Below are positions 44,673 to 53,809 of a stretch of 64,000 bases of DNA, in pieces. A model generated the notes under the pieces. That model searched no databases. It was given only the letters and a program-made list of their open reading frames with translations, and was not told the DNA's origin. The stretch's first letter is position 1. Each line of letters begins with the position of its first letter. Where the stretch lies: contig JAWXAQ010000027.1 of NCBI GenBank assembly GCA_034439575.1, positions 224,001-288,000 on the forward strand, in the 5' to 3' direction. The stretch comes from Leptospira sp. (GTDB lineage Bacteria > Spirochaetota > Leptospiria > Leptospirales > Leptospiraceae). A program made the translations under genes and the position numbers.

Positions 44673-45788
44673 ATGGAAACTACTTTTATATTTTTAATTC
44701 TGTTTATATACTTTCCTATAATTTTTATCATTTATTATATCAAAGAAGTGATCGAGAAACCAAGGTTATATTATAAACCGAATGAATGGAATCAAAGATT
44801 ATTACCAACATTAAGAAAATTGCATGTATCCTATTTTCCTACTATTTGGTGTTTTAATCGGCATTTGATGTTGGCTTTATTGCTTTTTCGAGAATCCCGT
44901 TCTAAAGAATATTTTTATGATCAAATTGAGCATCTAACAATGAAAGATGGGGGAATCACTGGACTTGCTTGGACTGGGTTAGAAAATTTAAATCAAAGGT
45001 CCAATGTACCAATCGTTGTGATTTTTCATACAATCAGTGGAGATGAACAAGATGTTAAAAATATAGTCATTCATATTAAAGAAAAAATGGATTGTGCGGT
45101 TGTTGTTTGTATTCGCAGGGGTCATGGAAATTTACCATTAAAAACTCCCGTCATTAATACTATGGGCTCAACGGATGACTTAAAAATACAGCTAACGCAT
45201 ATTAAAAGAAAATATCCAAATTCCAAAATCCTTGGTGTTGGTATTTCTGCTGGGTCTGGTTTACTTGCTCGGTATTTGGGTGAAGTCGGTGCTAAGAGTC
45301 TTTTATTTGCGGCAGTTGCTATATCGCCGGCCTATGATATTGAAAAAGCATTTCATAGAATCCACCCGATATATAATAAACTTATGGCACAAAGACTTAT
45401 TAATTATTTTTTAGAACGACATTACCTCAGTTTATCTGAAATCCCTGGTTATAATCACGTCAAAGATTCAAAATCAATAGGCGAATTTCAAGATCGCTTG
45501 CATTTGCTTTCAGGTTATGCTTCTAAAGAAGAATACTATCATTATAGTAATCCGATCAAAGTCGCAAATTTGATTCAAACACCACTTTTGATTCTAAATG
45601 CAGATGATGATCCTATTTGTGTTAAATTAAATGTAAACGAAAACTTACATTGGTTAGAAGGTTTGACAAAGACCATACTAGTTAAAACAAAAAGAGGTAG
45701 TCATATCGCTTTTTTTGAAGGTTTCAGGGCCAGGTCTTGGTGTGATGAATTGGTTACAGATTATTTTATTGAAGTTTTAAAAACATAA
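44673..45788 (+). CDS. YheT/ABHD-family alpha/beta hydrolase
   Basis: N-terminal TM; GISAG nucleophile elbow, NADDDPIC acid, GSHIAF His. Confidence 0.88.
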   Translation: METTFIFLILFIYFPIIFIIYYIKEVIEKPRLYYKPNEWNQRLLPTLRKLHVSYFPTIWCFNRHLMLALLLFRESRSKEYFYDQIEHLTMKDGGITGLAWTGLENLNQRSNVPIVVIFHTISGDEQDVKNIVIHIKEKMDCAVVVCIRRGHGNLPLKTPVINTMGSTDDLKIQLTHIKRKYPNSKILGVGISAGSGLLARYLGEVGAKSLLFAAVAISPAYDIEKAFHRIHPIYNKLMAQRLINYFLERHYLSLSEIPGYNHVKDSKSIGEFQDRLHLLSGYASKEEYYHYSNPIKVANLIQTPLLILNADDDPICVKLNVNENLHWLEGLTKTILVKTKRGSHIAFFEGFRARSWCDELVTDYFIEVLKT

Positions 45789-45810
45789 CATTTAAAAATT
45801 CAATTTGTAT

Positions 45811-46302
45811 TCAACGCAGGTGATGAAGTTTCATAAATTTGTTTTTATCTTGTTCAGAGATTTTGAATTCTAATGCGAGTAAATCTAAAAATCTTCTTTC
45901 CATTTTTACAAATTTATGGTCTTGTCCTGCAGTGATGCAGGCGATTTCAAAAAGATCCTTTCTTAATGGTAGATTATCATCTGTTCGAAGGAGTATTTCT
46001 GACATCTCTAAAGGATTTTCCCAAAGATCTTCTACATGTTTTTTCGCCTTCTCATAGAGATGATCTGGTACTAAAGTCCATTGAAGTTTCGGATCATTTT
46101 TGTCAAATAGCCGTGCTTCCATTTTTTTAAAATAAACTTGTTCTGAAACTGATAAATCACCATCAATGATCGCCATACGTTTGATGATACTTACATACAA
46201 ATCTATAAAACGAGTATTGATTTCAGTGATTTTTTCTGGATCAACACTTGTATCAAAAAAATAATTTGATATTGCTTTTGCAAAATCATCAATCATTCCC
46301 AT
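45811..46302 (-). CDS. TerB-like (tellurite resistance / DjlA N-terminal fold) protein
   Basis: MAIIDGDLSVSE and AGQDHKFVKMERRFLDLLA motifs. Confidence 0.7.
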   Translation of the reverse strand: MGMIDDFAKAISNYFFDTSVDPEKITEINTRFIDLYVSIIKRMAIIDGDLSVSEQVYFKKMEARLFDKNDPKLQWTLVPDHLYEKAKKHVEDLWENPLEMSEILLRTDDNLPLRKDLFEIACITAGQDHKFVKMERRFLDLLALEFKISEQDKNKFMKLHHLR

Positions 46303-46308
46303 AAATAC

Positions 46309-46530
46309 TTACAACTGTTTAATTAAAGCTTTCAGATCACTAATAAGTGAATAGGGAACAGGTTTTATATCCTCAGCCAATTTAATCGCATCTTCAATGG
46401 TTCGAGTCAATACTTGTTTTTCAGCTACATAGCCCGTGTTATGCATTTTGTTTTTATTTTGTTTAAATGTAGTTACTTTTGTGTCGATGATTTCGATAAT
46501 CTGATTGAGATATTGTATTTTATTTTCCAT
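46309..46530 (-). CDS. Small hypothetical helical protein
   Basis: 73 aa, AAGGA RBS, 6 nt from the TerB-like gene. Confidence 0.7.
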   Translation of the reverse strand: MENKIQYLNQIIEIIDTKVTTFKQNKNKMHNTGYVAEKQVLTRTIEDAIKLAEDIKPVPYSLISDLKALIKQL

Positions 46531-46631
46531 AACAAATCATTATCCTTGTATTGTTTTGAAATTCAACCCATTTAATCGGTAAAAAGGTATTTTAATAAAA
46601 TTGCATATTATCAACGAATCCAAAATTTGGA

Positions 46632-47234
46632 ATGGAAATGAGTTTTCTTAAAAAATATTGGGTATTTGATATGGATGGCACTTTAACTTGTGCGAAACAT
46701 GATTTTCCAGCAATCAAGACTGAGTTAGGTTTGCCTTTAGATAAAGATATCTTGACTGGGCTAAGTTTTCTAAATCCAATAGAGAGGGAAAAGAAAAATT
46801 TAATACTCGAAAAAATCGAATTAGAAATAGCAAAAATTTCTACTCCTCAAATTGGTGCTTTCGAATTATTGACACATCTAAAAAATTTAGGAGTAAGACT
46901 TGGAATACTAACAAGGAATAGCCTTATAAATACAATTGTAACATTAGAAGTTACAAATCTACTTTCTTTTTTTCCTGAATCTGAAATTCTAACTCGTGAT
47001 CATGCGGAACCAAAACCGCATCCAGAAGGACTATTCAAATTACAAAATCATTGGCAAGCAGATCCAAATGAAATGATCATGGTGGGAGATTATCTTTATG
47101 ATTTGCTAGCGGGCAAAAGTGCATCCACGGATACGATTTATATAGATCCTACTGGAGAATTTAAATTTAAAGAGCATGCTACTCACTGTATTAAAAATTT
47201 GTTTGAGGCCATCGATCTAGATTTAATAAAATAG
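46632..47234 (+). CDS. HAD-family hydrolase
   Basis: FDMDGTL, LTRN, KPHPEG, MVGDYLYD. Confidence 0.92.
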   Translation: MEMSFLKKYWVFDMDGTLTCAKHDFPAIKTELGLPLDKDILTGLSFLNPIEREKKNLILEKIELEIAKISTPQIGAFELLTHLKNLGVRLGILTRNSLINTIVTLEVTNLLSFFPESEILTRDHAEPKPHPEGLFKLQNHWQADPNEMIMVGDYLYDLLAGKSASTDTIYIDPTGEFKFKEHATHCIKNLFEAIDLDLIK

Positions 47235-47242
47235 AAAAACTA

Positions 47243-48439
47243 ATGAATAAATATCTAGAAATATTTTTTATTTTTTTTCGCCTCGGATGTACTTCGTTTG
47301 GTGGACCTATCGCTCATTTAGGATATTTTCATCATGAGTTTGTAGAAAAAAGAAAATGGCTCACAGAGGTTGCCTATTCTGATTTAGTAGCCCTTAGCCA
47401 ATTTTTGCCAGGGCCTGCAAGTAGCCAAGTAGGTATGGCCCTTGGAAGTTTGAGAGGTGGAATCCTTGGTTCTTTACTATCTTTTTTAGGTTTTACCCTC
47501 CCTTCTTTTTTCCTTATGACAAGTTTCGGATTAGGAATGTTAGCACTTGGAAGTAAAATACCAGTTAGCTTGCTTCATGGATTGCAACTTTCAGCAGTAG
47601 CTATCATCATCCAAGCTGTTTGGCAAATGGGAAACAAACTTTGTCCCGATAAAGAACGAATTTTGATTTGTATTGGTGCGGCCATCATTAGTTCCATAGT
47701 TTCTGGAATCATCGGTCAAATTTTTGTTATTGTTTTCGGCGGTTTCATCGGTTATATTTTTTTACGAAAAATTGAAATTAGTCCTTACCACAATGTTGAT
47801 TATCAAATTTCAAAACCATTGGCACTCTTTTTTCTTTTCTTATTTTTATTATTTCTTTTTGGATTTCCGATTTTAAGGTTATTTTGGGATTCAAATATTT
47901 TCTTGTTATTCGATAGTTTTTATCGCACTGGTTCTTTAGTGTTTGGTGGAGGTCATGTTGTGATTTCCTTACTAGAAGATGAAATTGTAGCCCAAGGTAT
48001 CTTATCTAAATTGGATTTTTTATCAGGTTATGGTTTTGCCCAAGGCATCCCTGGTCCCTTATTCACTATTTCATCTTATATTGGTGCTATGAATTCACTG
48101 GGTATCAATGGTATGCTAGGAGCTATCATCTGTTCTGTGGCGGCATTTTTGCCAGCATACTTTTTGATTTTAGGAATTTTGCCTTTTTGGAATAGTATTC
48201 GCAAATTTAAAGTTATGCTATATATGATGAGTGGGATTAATGCCGCAGTGGTTGGCTTACTGCTTTCCGTATTATATGATCTACTTTACAAAGAGACTGT
48301 TATCAATACGTTTGATTTTTATCTTTTACTAATTGCCGTGATATTATTGCAAAAATGGAAATTACCATCCTGGATGGTATTGGTATTGACGACGACAATC
48401 TGTTATAGTAAAGATTTAGTATTAATTTATATTAAATAA
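47243..48439 (+). CDS. chrA: Chromate efflux transporter (long-chain CHR)
   Basis: SFGGPIAHLG, SQFLPGPASSQ, VFGGGHV, AQGIPGP. Confidence 0.92.
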   Translation: MNKYLEIFFIFFRLGCTSFGGPIAHLGYFHHEFVEKRKWLTEVAYSDLVALSQFLPGPASSQVGMALGSLRGGILGSLLSFLGFTLPSFFLMTSFGLGMLALGSKIPVSLLHGLQLSAVAIIIQAVWQMGNKLCPDKERILICIGAAIISSIVSGIIGQIFVIVFGGFIGYIFLRKIEISPYHNVDYQISKPLALFFLFLFLLFLFGFPILRLFWDSNIFLLFDSFYRTGSLVFGGGHVVISLLEDEIVAQGILSKLDFLSGYGFAQGIPGPLFTISSYIGAMNSLGINGMLGAIICSVAAFLPAYFLILGILPFWNSIRKFKVMLYMMSGINAAVVGLLLSVLYDLLYKETVINTFDFYLLLIAVILLQKWKLPSWMVLVLTTTICYSKDLVLIYIK

Positions 48440-48440
48440 T

Positions 48441-49112
48441 ATGAATATATTAAAGAATTTATTTTCCAGAAAAAAAATAAATACTTATTTAAACACACAA
48501 TATCAAATACAAAGTCTATTTACTGAAATTAAAAATGGAGATGAAATCTCCGACGGAGAGTTTGATAAATTGTACCCACCTTACTTCCAAGAAATCTCTT
48601 CTGTACAGTGGTCGCCCATTCATATTTGTAAATTGGTTTTGGATTTGTTTAATTTGAAAGAGGAAGATCAGCTCTTAGATGTGGGTTCAGGTGTTGGTAA
48701 ATTTTGTTTTATTGCTGCGATTCTAACAAAGGCAAATGTGACTGGAGTAGAAAAGCGAAAAGAACTAGTCCAAGTATCAAACGGTATTCTCAAACAATCA
48801 AAATTAAAAAATTTAAATTTTATACATAAACGAATGGAAGATTTGGATTGGAACCAGTTTTCCTGTCTTTATTTTTATAACCCCTTTTATGAAAATATAA
48901 GCCCTCATCATAGGATAGATGATGAAATTCCTGAGGGAATAAAAAAATTTTCTGAGAACCTGAATGTGACAAAGCAAAAGTTAAGTGATCTAAAGAAAGG
49001 AACAAAAATTGTCACCTATCATTCTTTTGGTGGAAAAATGCCTTCGAGTTACAAAAAAATAAAACATATTAATTTGACTTTGGGGGAACTCGAATCTTGG
49101 ATAAAGATTTAA
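48441..49112 (+). CDS. Class I SAM-dependent methyltransferase
   Basis: LLDVGSGVGKF, GVEKR, YFYNPF. Confidence 0.85.
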   Translation: MNILKNLFSRKKINTYLNTQYQIQSLFTEIKNGDEISDGEFDKLYPPYFQEISSVQWSPIHICKLVLDLFNLKEEDQLLDVGSGVGKFCFIAAILTKANVTGVEKRKELVQVSNGILKQSKLKNLNFIHKRMEDLDWNQFSCLYFYNPFYENISPHHRIDDEIPEGIKKFSENLNVTKQKLSDLKKGTKIVTYHSFGGKMPSSYKKIKHINLTLGELESWIKI

Positions 49113-49114
49113 TT

Positions 49115-50569
49115 TTACCGTTTAGAAATATTTAGGTGGGGTTTCGCTAATAATAAATATAAAAGTCCAGTCATAATAACGATCCCACTCGTCAAGATCA
49201 TAGAATAATTAATAAACCAAGGTTCATCTAAGGCCCTTGGCCAAATCATATTCAGAACAGCACAAAGACCATATATGAGTGCTATGATATTTATGGTCAT
49301 TCCCCATTTTCCTAAAACAAAACTGCCATTAGGTTTCCATCCTTTGTAACGCGCATACAAACTTCCAATCACAACCATTTGGAAGGCTATATAAATTCCA
49401 ATGGATGCAAAACTTATGACTGTATTCACAGCATCCTGAAGCCAGTGTCCTATGCTTGCGATGAATATGGGGATGAGGCCTGAGATAAGTAATGCGTTAA
49501 ATGGAATTTTTGATTTTTCTGATAAAGAATTAAATAGATTACTTCCAAATATCATTCCGTCTCTCGCAAAAGAGAATATCAATCTTGATGCCGCGGCCTG
49601 CAAACTTAACAAACAAGATAAAAAGGAAATCATAACAACTGCTATGACCAATTTGTATCCCAAATCACCCATGGCAAATTGCAATGTGCTTGTGACGGGA
49701 TCTGCATCTTCTCCACTTATGGCTTTAGGTAAATCGGGAATGGAAAGTAATAGGGCAAGACATACGAAAGTAGCGGCACCACCGCCCACATAAATTGTCA
49801 TTCTCATTGACTTTGGTATCGCTGAACTAGCATTTGGTGTTTCTTCGGCCACATCGCCACATGCTTCAAATCCATAATAACAAAACATAGCAGCAAGGGA
49901 TGATGCTATAAACGCTGGTATATAATTGAAACCATCACCGAAACTAAAAGTATCAAAAAGAATGGTAATGGGTTGAATTCTTCCAAAAATAAGAAGGTAT
50001 CCTCCCACAAGAATGGCTCCCACCAATTCACAAATAAAACCAATCATAGCAACGCGAGCAAGTAGTCTAGTCCCACTTAAGTTCATTATTGTGGAAACAA
50101 TGATCATAAACACTGCGATCCATATTGTAAATGAGGCACTCCAATTTAAGCCAATGAGCCTGGATAAAAAAGGAGCTCCACCGAGAGCCACACCTGCAAT
50201 CGTCGTAAACAATGCCCACGCATAGACCCAAGCAGACATCCAGGCCCATTTAGTTCCAACTAGCCTAAGACACCATGGATAGATGCCTCCAGAAATAGGA
50301 TATTGAGAAACTACTTCACCAAACACAAGACAGACAAAAAATTGACCGAGACCTATCAAAAAATAGTTCCAAAACATCGCAGGGCCACCGGTTTGCAATG
50401 CCATGGCAAATACAGAATACACCCCGACGACAGGGGAAAGGTAAGTGAAGCCTAAGGAAAAATTTTCCCAAAAACTCATACTCCTATCAAATTTAGAAGT
50501 ATAACCTAAAGCTTCTAATTGTTTTGTGTCTAAATCTTGAATGTTTGTTTGGACTTTTGACTCGTGCAT
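49115..50569 (-). CDS. APC-family amino acid/polyamine permease
   Basis: About 12 TM helices; FSLGFTYLSP, YPISGGIY, YGFEACGDVAEET, SRLIFSFARDG. Confidence 0.92.
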   Translation of the reverse strand: MHESKVQTNIQDLDTKQLEALGYTSKFDRSMSFWENFSLGFTYLSPVVGVYSVFAMALQTGGPAMFWNYFLIGLGQFFVCLVFGEVVSQYPISGGIYPWCLRLVGTKWAWMSAWVYAWALFTTIAGVALGGAPFLSRLIGLNWSASFTIWIAVFMIIVSTIMNLSGTRLLARVAMIGFICELVGAILVGGYLLIFGRIQPITILFDTFSFGDGFNYIPAFIASSLAAMFCYYGFEACGDVAEETPNASSAIPKSMRMTIYVGGGAATFVCLALLLSIPDLPKAISGEDADPVTSTLQFAMGDLGYKLVIAVVMISFLSCLLSLQAAASRLIFSFARDGMIFGSNLFNSLSEKSKIPFNALLISGLIPIFIASIGHWLQDAVNTVISFASIGIYIAFQMVVIGSLYARYKGWKPNGSFVLGKWGMTINIIALIYGLCAVLNMIWPRALDEPWFINYSMILTSGIVIMTGLLYLLLAKPHLNISKR

Positions 50570-50594
50570 ATAAAAAAATAAGACCTATAAAAAA

Positions 50595-51707
50595 TTAAAA
50601 TTCAGTTTTGAAATGTGTGAAACTTTCTGCTCCGCCTCGTCTTGCCTTTGTTAAGATCCCATAAATGACGGCATCTTTTAAAGATTGATAATACCCAGAA
50701 TCACAAAACATATACAAGGAAACTTTCAATTGACTGTGATCACCTATGAGAAGTAATGCGTTATCTTCGGAAATGATTTCTTCTAATTCATTAAAAGAAA
50801 TCAAATCCTTTCCTTTTCTTACTCCTTCGCTATTGATTACAATTTCTTTCTTTTTCATTCTATGGAATAAAACAAAACCAATTGGGAAAAAGGAAATGGA
50901 AGTCATAATAATGAAAAATATAGATTCGGGAAGGGGAGGCGGAAAACTTTCCCAAGAAAAAACAGACATATCAAAAGCATCTGCAAATGCTAAATTTAAA
51001 ATCAAAAACAATACGATTGAAAATACAGTCCCTAAAATAAGAAAGATCTTTGGTTTGTAGACGGAATTGATTAAATACTCTTTTCCCGTATCTGTCCAAG
51101 TGATTGCGCTCTCAATGGGAAAATTAGGAATATGGAATTCATCAAAATTGGCATGTGGTCGTTTATGAAAGGGGATATCAAGTTCAGTATGGTCTCTTGT
51201 TTCTCCTTGTTCATTTGTGAGGGGTAGTTTTAATGTTTTTGCAATGTTTTCCGCAAAACTTCTTGCTGTATATAAGTCCGTTGATTCTGCGAGGATTAAA
51301 TCTGGAAGGTCCTTGGAGATCACTGTATAAACTATGACAGTTCTTGAACTATTTTTTGATCGCACAACATACGTATAACGAGATTGAGCTAGATTTTGAA
51401 TTTGGGAAAAAGGAACTTCCTTAAGTAAGTTTTTATCTTCAAAAAATTGGATTTTTTTGGAAGTGATATCAAAGATAGTTCTTTTGGGTTTTCCCAAAGT
51501 TAATTTAATTAATAACAAAGGTAAGAGGGAAAAGGAGAAAAAAACAGGAATAAACACAAATAGAAATATTGGCTCAATTCCTTCCTCAGCTATCATTGAA
51601 TAAACGACGGGAATGAAAATGGCGAGAGAAAAAATACTGAAAAAAATCAGAATGAATTTTGTAAATTTTACATTCTTTTGTTTGTGATCTTTAAATTCTA
51701 AATTCAT
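50595..51707 (-). CDS. Hypothetical membrane protein with two TM-hairpin + PH-like repeats
   Basis: Two TM pairs, each followed by a short beta-rich segment; 4-nt overlap with the upstream gene. Confidence 0.7.
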   Translation of the reverse strand: MNLEFKDHKQKNVKFTKFILIFFSIFSLAIFIPVVYSMIAEEGIEPIFLFVFIPVFFSFSLLPLLLIKLTLGKPKRTIFDITSKKIQFFEDKNLLKEVPFSQIQNLAQSRYTYVVRSKNSSRTVIVYTVISKDLPDLILAESTDLYTARSFAENIAKTLKLPLTNEQGETRDHTELDIPFHKRPHANFDEFHIPNFPIESAITWTDTGKEYLINSVYKPKIFLILGTVFSIVLFLILNLAFADAFDMSVFSWESFPPPLPESIFFIIMTSISFFPIGFVLFHRMKKKEIVINSEGVRKGKDLISFNELEEIISEDNALLLIGDHSQLKVSLYMFCDSGYYQSLKDAVIYGILTKARRGGAESFTHFKTEF

Positions 51708-53350
51708 ACAAATTGCCTTGGTTCCATAAATAAATAACCTTGAGAATATTCAATGCCAAGTTTTAAAATAGTATCTTGGATTTCTTGAGAGGAAACAAAT
51801 TCGGCCACGACTTTGGCTCCTATCCTATGAGATAAATCAACTATCCCTTGCACTAGAACCATCGCTGTTTGGTTATGTGGCAATACTTTGATAAATTGAC
51901 CATCAATTTTGATATAGTCTGGATCAATTTCCATAAGTCTAGAAAGATTTGAATTGAGAACCCCAAAGTCGTCAATTGCTATTTGGCATCCTATTGATTT
52001 CAGATTTTGAATCGTTGTCACGCTGTATTTATTTTCTGTAAAACTAATGTCTTCTAAAATTTCAAAGGTAACTCGTTCCGGTTTTAATTTATAAAGCGCA
52101 AGCCTCGCTTCGACCCATTTCGCAAAACCTTTGTATTCCAATTCAGCTTCGGTGAGATTGATAGAAAAATCATAGGTTTTATCACTAAAATAAGAAAAAG
52201 CTGAATCTATCATTTGTAATCCGATGAGTCGAATGGAACCAGTTGCTTTGGATAGATCAAGAAAGACTGCCGGTGATAAAAATCCTTGTTTGTCCCTAAT
52301 CCTTGCTAAACATTCAAATTTGTTGATTGATTTTGTTTTGTTATCGTAAATTGCCTGAAAGAAAGGAACAATATCTTTATTTTGAATGGCACGATAAATT
52401 TTTTGGCTCATTAAAAAATTTTGTAAGTGATGATCAGTCGATAATTCTTCGTTATACGGTACAGTGGTTTTTAAACCAGTAGATTCTGCTTTGAAAAGGG
52501 CCAGTTTCGCTTTGTAATATGCATCCTCTCTGCCACGAGATACTGCTGAAAAACATTTTATATGAAAGCTTACATCATCTAAAACCAAATCATCGGATTT
52601 GATTAACAAACGAAAGGTTTCAATTTCTTCAATCATACTTTCTTCAGAAAGAGAAGATACAATGGCAATTTCATCTTCATAAAGATGGTAAATTTTTGAA
52701 GTTCCTTTTAAATGAATTGATAACATTTGCAAAAATCGTTTTACGATCCTGCGATAGATTTCAATCCCGAAATTTTTTATAATGCTAGGATATGAGGAAA
52801 TTTTGATTAAGGCAATAGTGTAAACGGCATCATGAGTATCTGGATTTGAAGTGAGTCGAATCAGACTTTCAAAATTTGGATATTTTGTTTCTGAATTGAA
52901 GTAGAGAGATTTCTCTAGTTCTTTATTTTTTTCAGCTAATGATAGATCTGTATCATAAGCGCTGATCGCATGTTTGATTGTGAGTTCAAGGTCATTGGCA
53001 TCCCATGGTTTTGCCATATATCGATAAAGACATCCGTGATTCAAAGCATTGCCTACGGCTTCGGCGGCAGCTTGTCCCGTTAACATGATTTTTTTGGTAT
53101 TTGGATTTGAAAGATGGAGTTGAATTAAAAACTCATCACCTTTGATGCCAGGCATTACCTGGTCGCAGATAACAACGAGTATTTCTTCTCCCGTTTGATT
53201 GATATCCCTAATTAATTCAAATGCCGCTTCAGCGCTTTCTGCCGTTTCGATAATAAAGTTATTACCATAACTTTTTTTAAGCTGTTCTTTCAAATTCCAA
53301 AGTATAAAGAACTCATCATCAATGCATATAATGTAACGTTTGGGATTCAA
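51704..53350 (-). CDS. REC + degenerate GGDEF + EAL c-di-GMP phosphodiesterase
   Basis: REC (IDDE, CDQVMP); YEDEI in place of GGDEF; EAL motifs ECL, SINL, FEILE, DDFG, IKIDG, AEFV, QGY. Confidence 0.9.
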   Translation of the reverse strand: MNPKRYIICIDDEFFILWNLKEQLKKSYGNNFIIETAESAEAAFELIRDINQTGEEILVVICDQVMPGIKGDEFLIQLHLSNPNTKKIMLTGQAAAEAVGNALNHGCLYRYMAKPWDANDLELTIKHAISAYDTDLSLAEKNKELEKSLYFNSETKYPNFESLIRLTSNPDTHDAVYTIALIKISSYPSIIKNFGIEIYRRIVKRFLQMLSIHLKGTSKIYHLYEDEIAIVSSLSEESMIEEIETFRLLIKSDDLVLDDVSFHIKCFSAVSRGREDAYYKAKLALFKAESTGLKTTVPYNEELSTDHHLQNFLMSQKIYRAIQNKDIVPFFQAIYDNKTKSINKFECLARIRDKQGFLSPAVFLDLSKATGSIRLIGLQMIDSAFSYFSDKTYDFSINLTEAELEYKGFAKWVEARLALYKLKPERVTFEILEDISFTENKYSVTTIQNLKSIGCQIAIDDFGVLNSNLSRLMEIDPDYIKIDGQFIKVLPHNQTAMVLVQGIVDLSHRIGAKVVAEFVSSQEIQDTILKLGIEYSQGYLFMEPRQFV

Positions 53351-53420
53351 AATATATTAGCCTTCTTTAATTCCGGATTAGATTTACGACTTTTTGTATT
53401 GTTGCAAGGAATATTTGGTA

Positions 53421-53448
53421 TTGACATTTTTTGAAAATGAGATTTAAT
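53421..53448 (+). promoter_or_regulatory. sigma70-type promoter for the RRM gene
   Basis: TTGACA-N16-TTTAAT. Confidence 0.55.
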
Positions 53449-53497
53449 CTAGCCGTTCCATTCTGAAAGGAAATGGATTAGAATTTACGAGGCTAGA

Positions 53498-53767
53498 ATG
53501 ATTTCTAAGAAAATTTACGTAGGGAATTTGAAATTTACCTTAAAAGAAGAAAATATCAGACAAATATTTTCTGTCTATGGCGCGATCCAAGATTTAAAGA
53601 TGATATACGATCGAGAAACTGGGAACTTTAGGGGATTTGCATTTATCACCTATGGTAGCGAAGAGGCGGCTTCCGATGCAGTCAAACAAATGAATGGCCA
53701 AGAAGTGGATGGTCGGAATCTGAAAGTCACTTTTGCTGAGGACAAAAGAAAAGAAAGACAAGCCTAA
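53498..53767 (+). CDS. RRM domain RNA-binding protein
   Basis: RNP2 IYVGNL, RNP1 RGFAFITY, GRNLKV. Confidence 0.95.
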   Translation: MISKKIYVGNLKFTLKEENIRQIFSVYGAIQDLKMIYDRETGNFRGFAFITYGSEEAASDAVKQMNGQEVDGRNLKVTFAEDKRKERQA

Positions 53768-53809
53768 ATTACACTTTTCCTAATTGCACATACTTGAGAT
53801 AGAGGGAGG

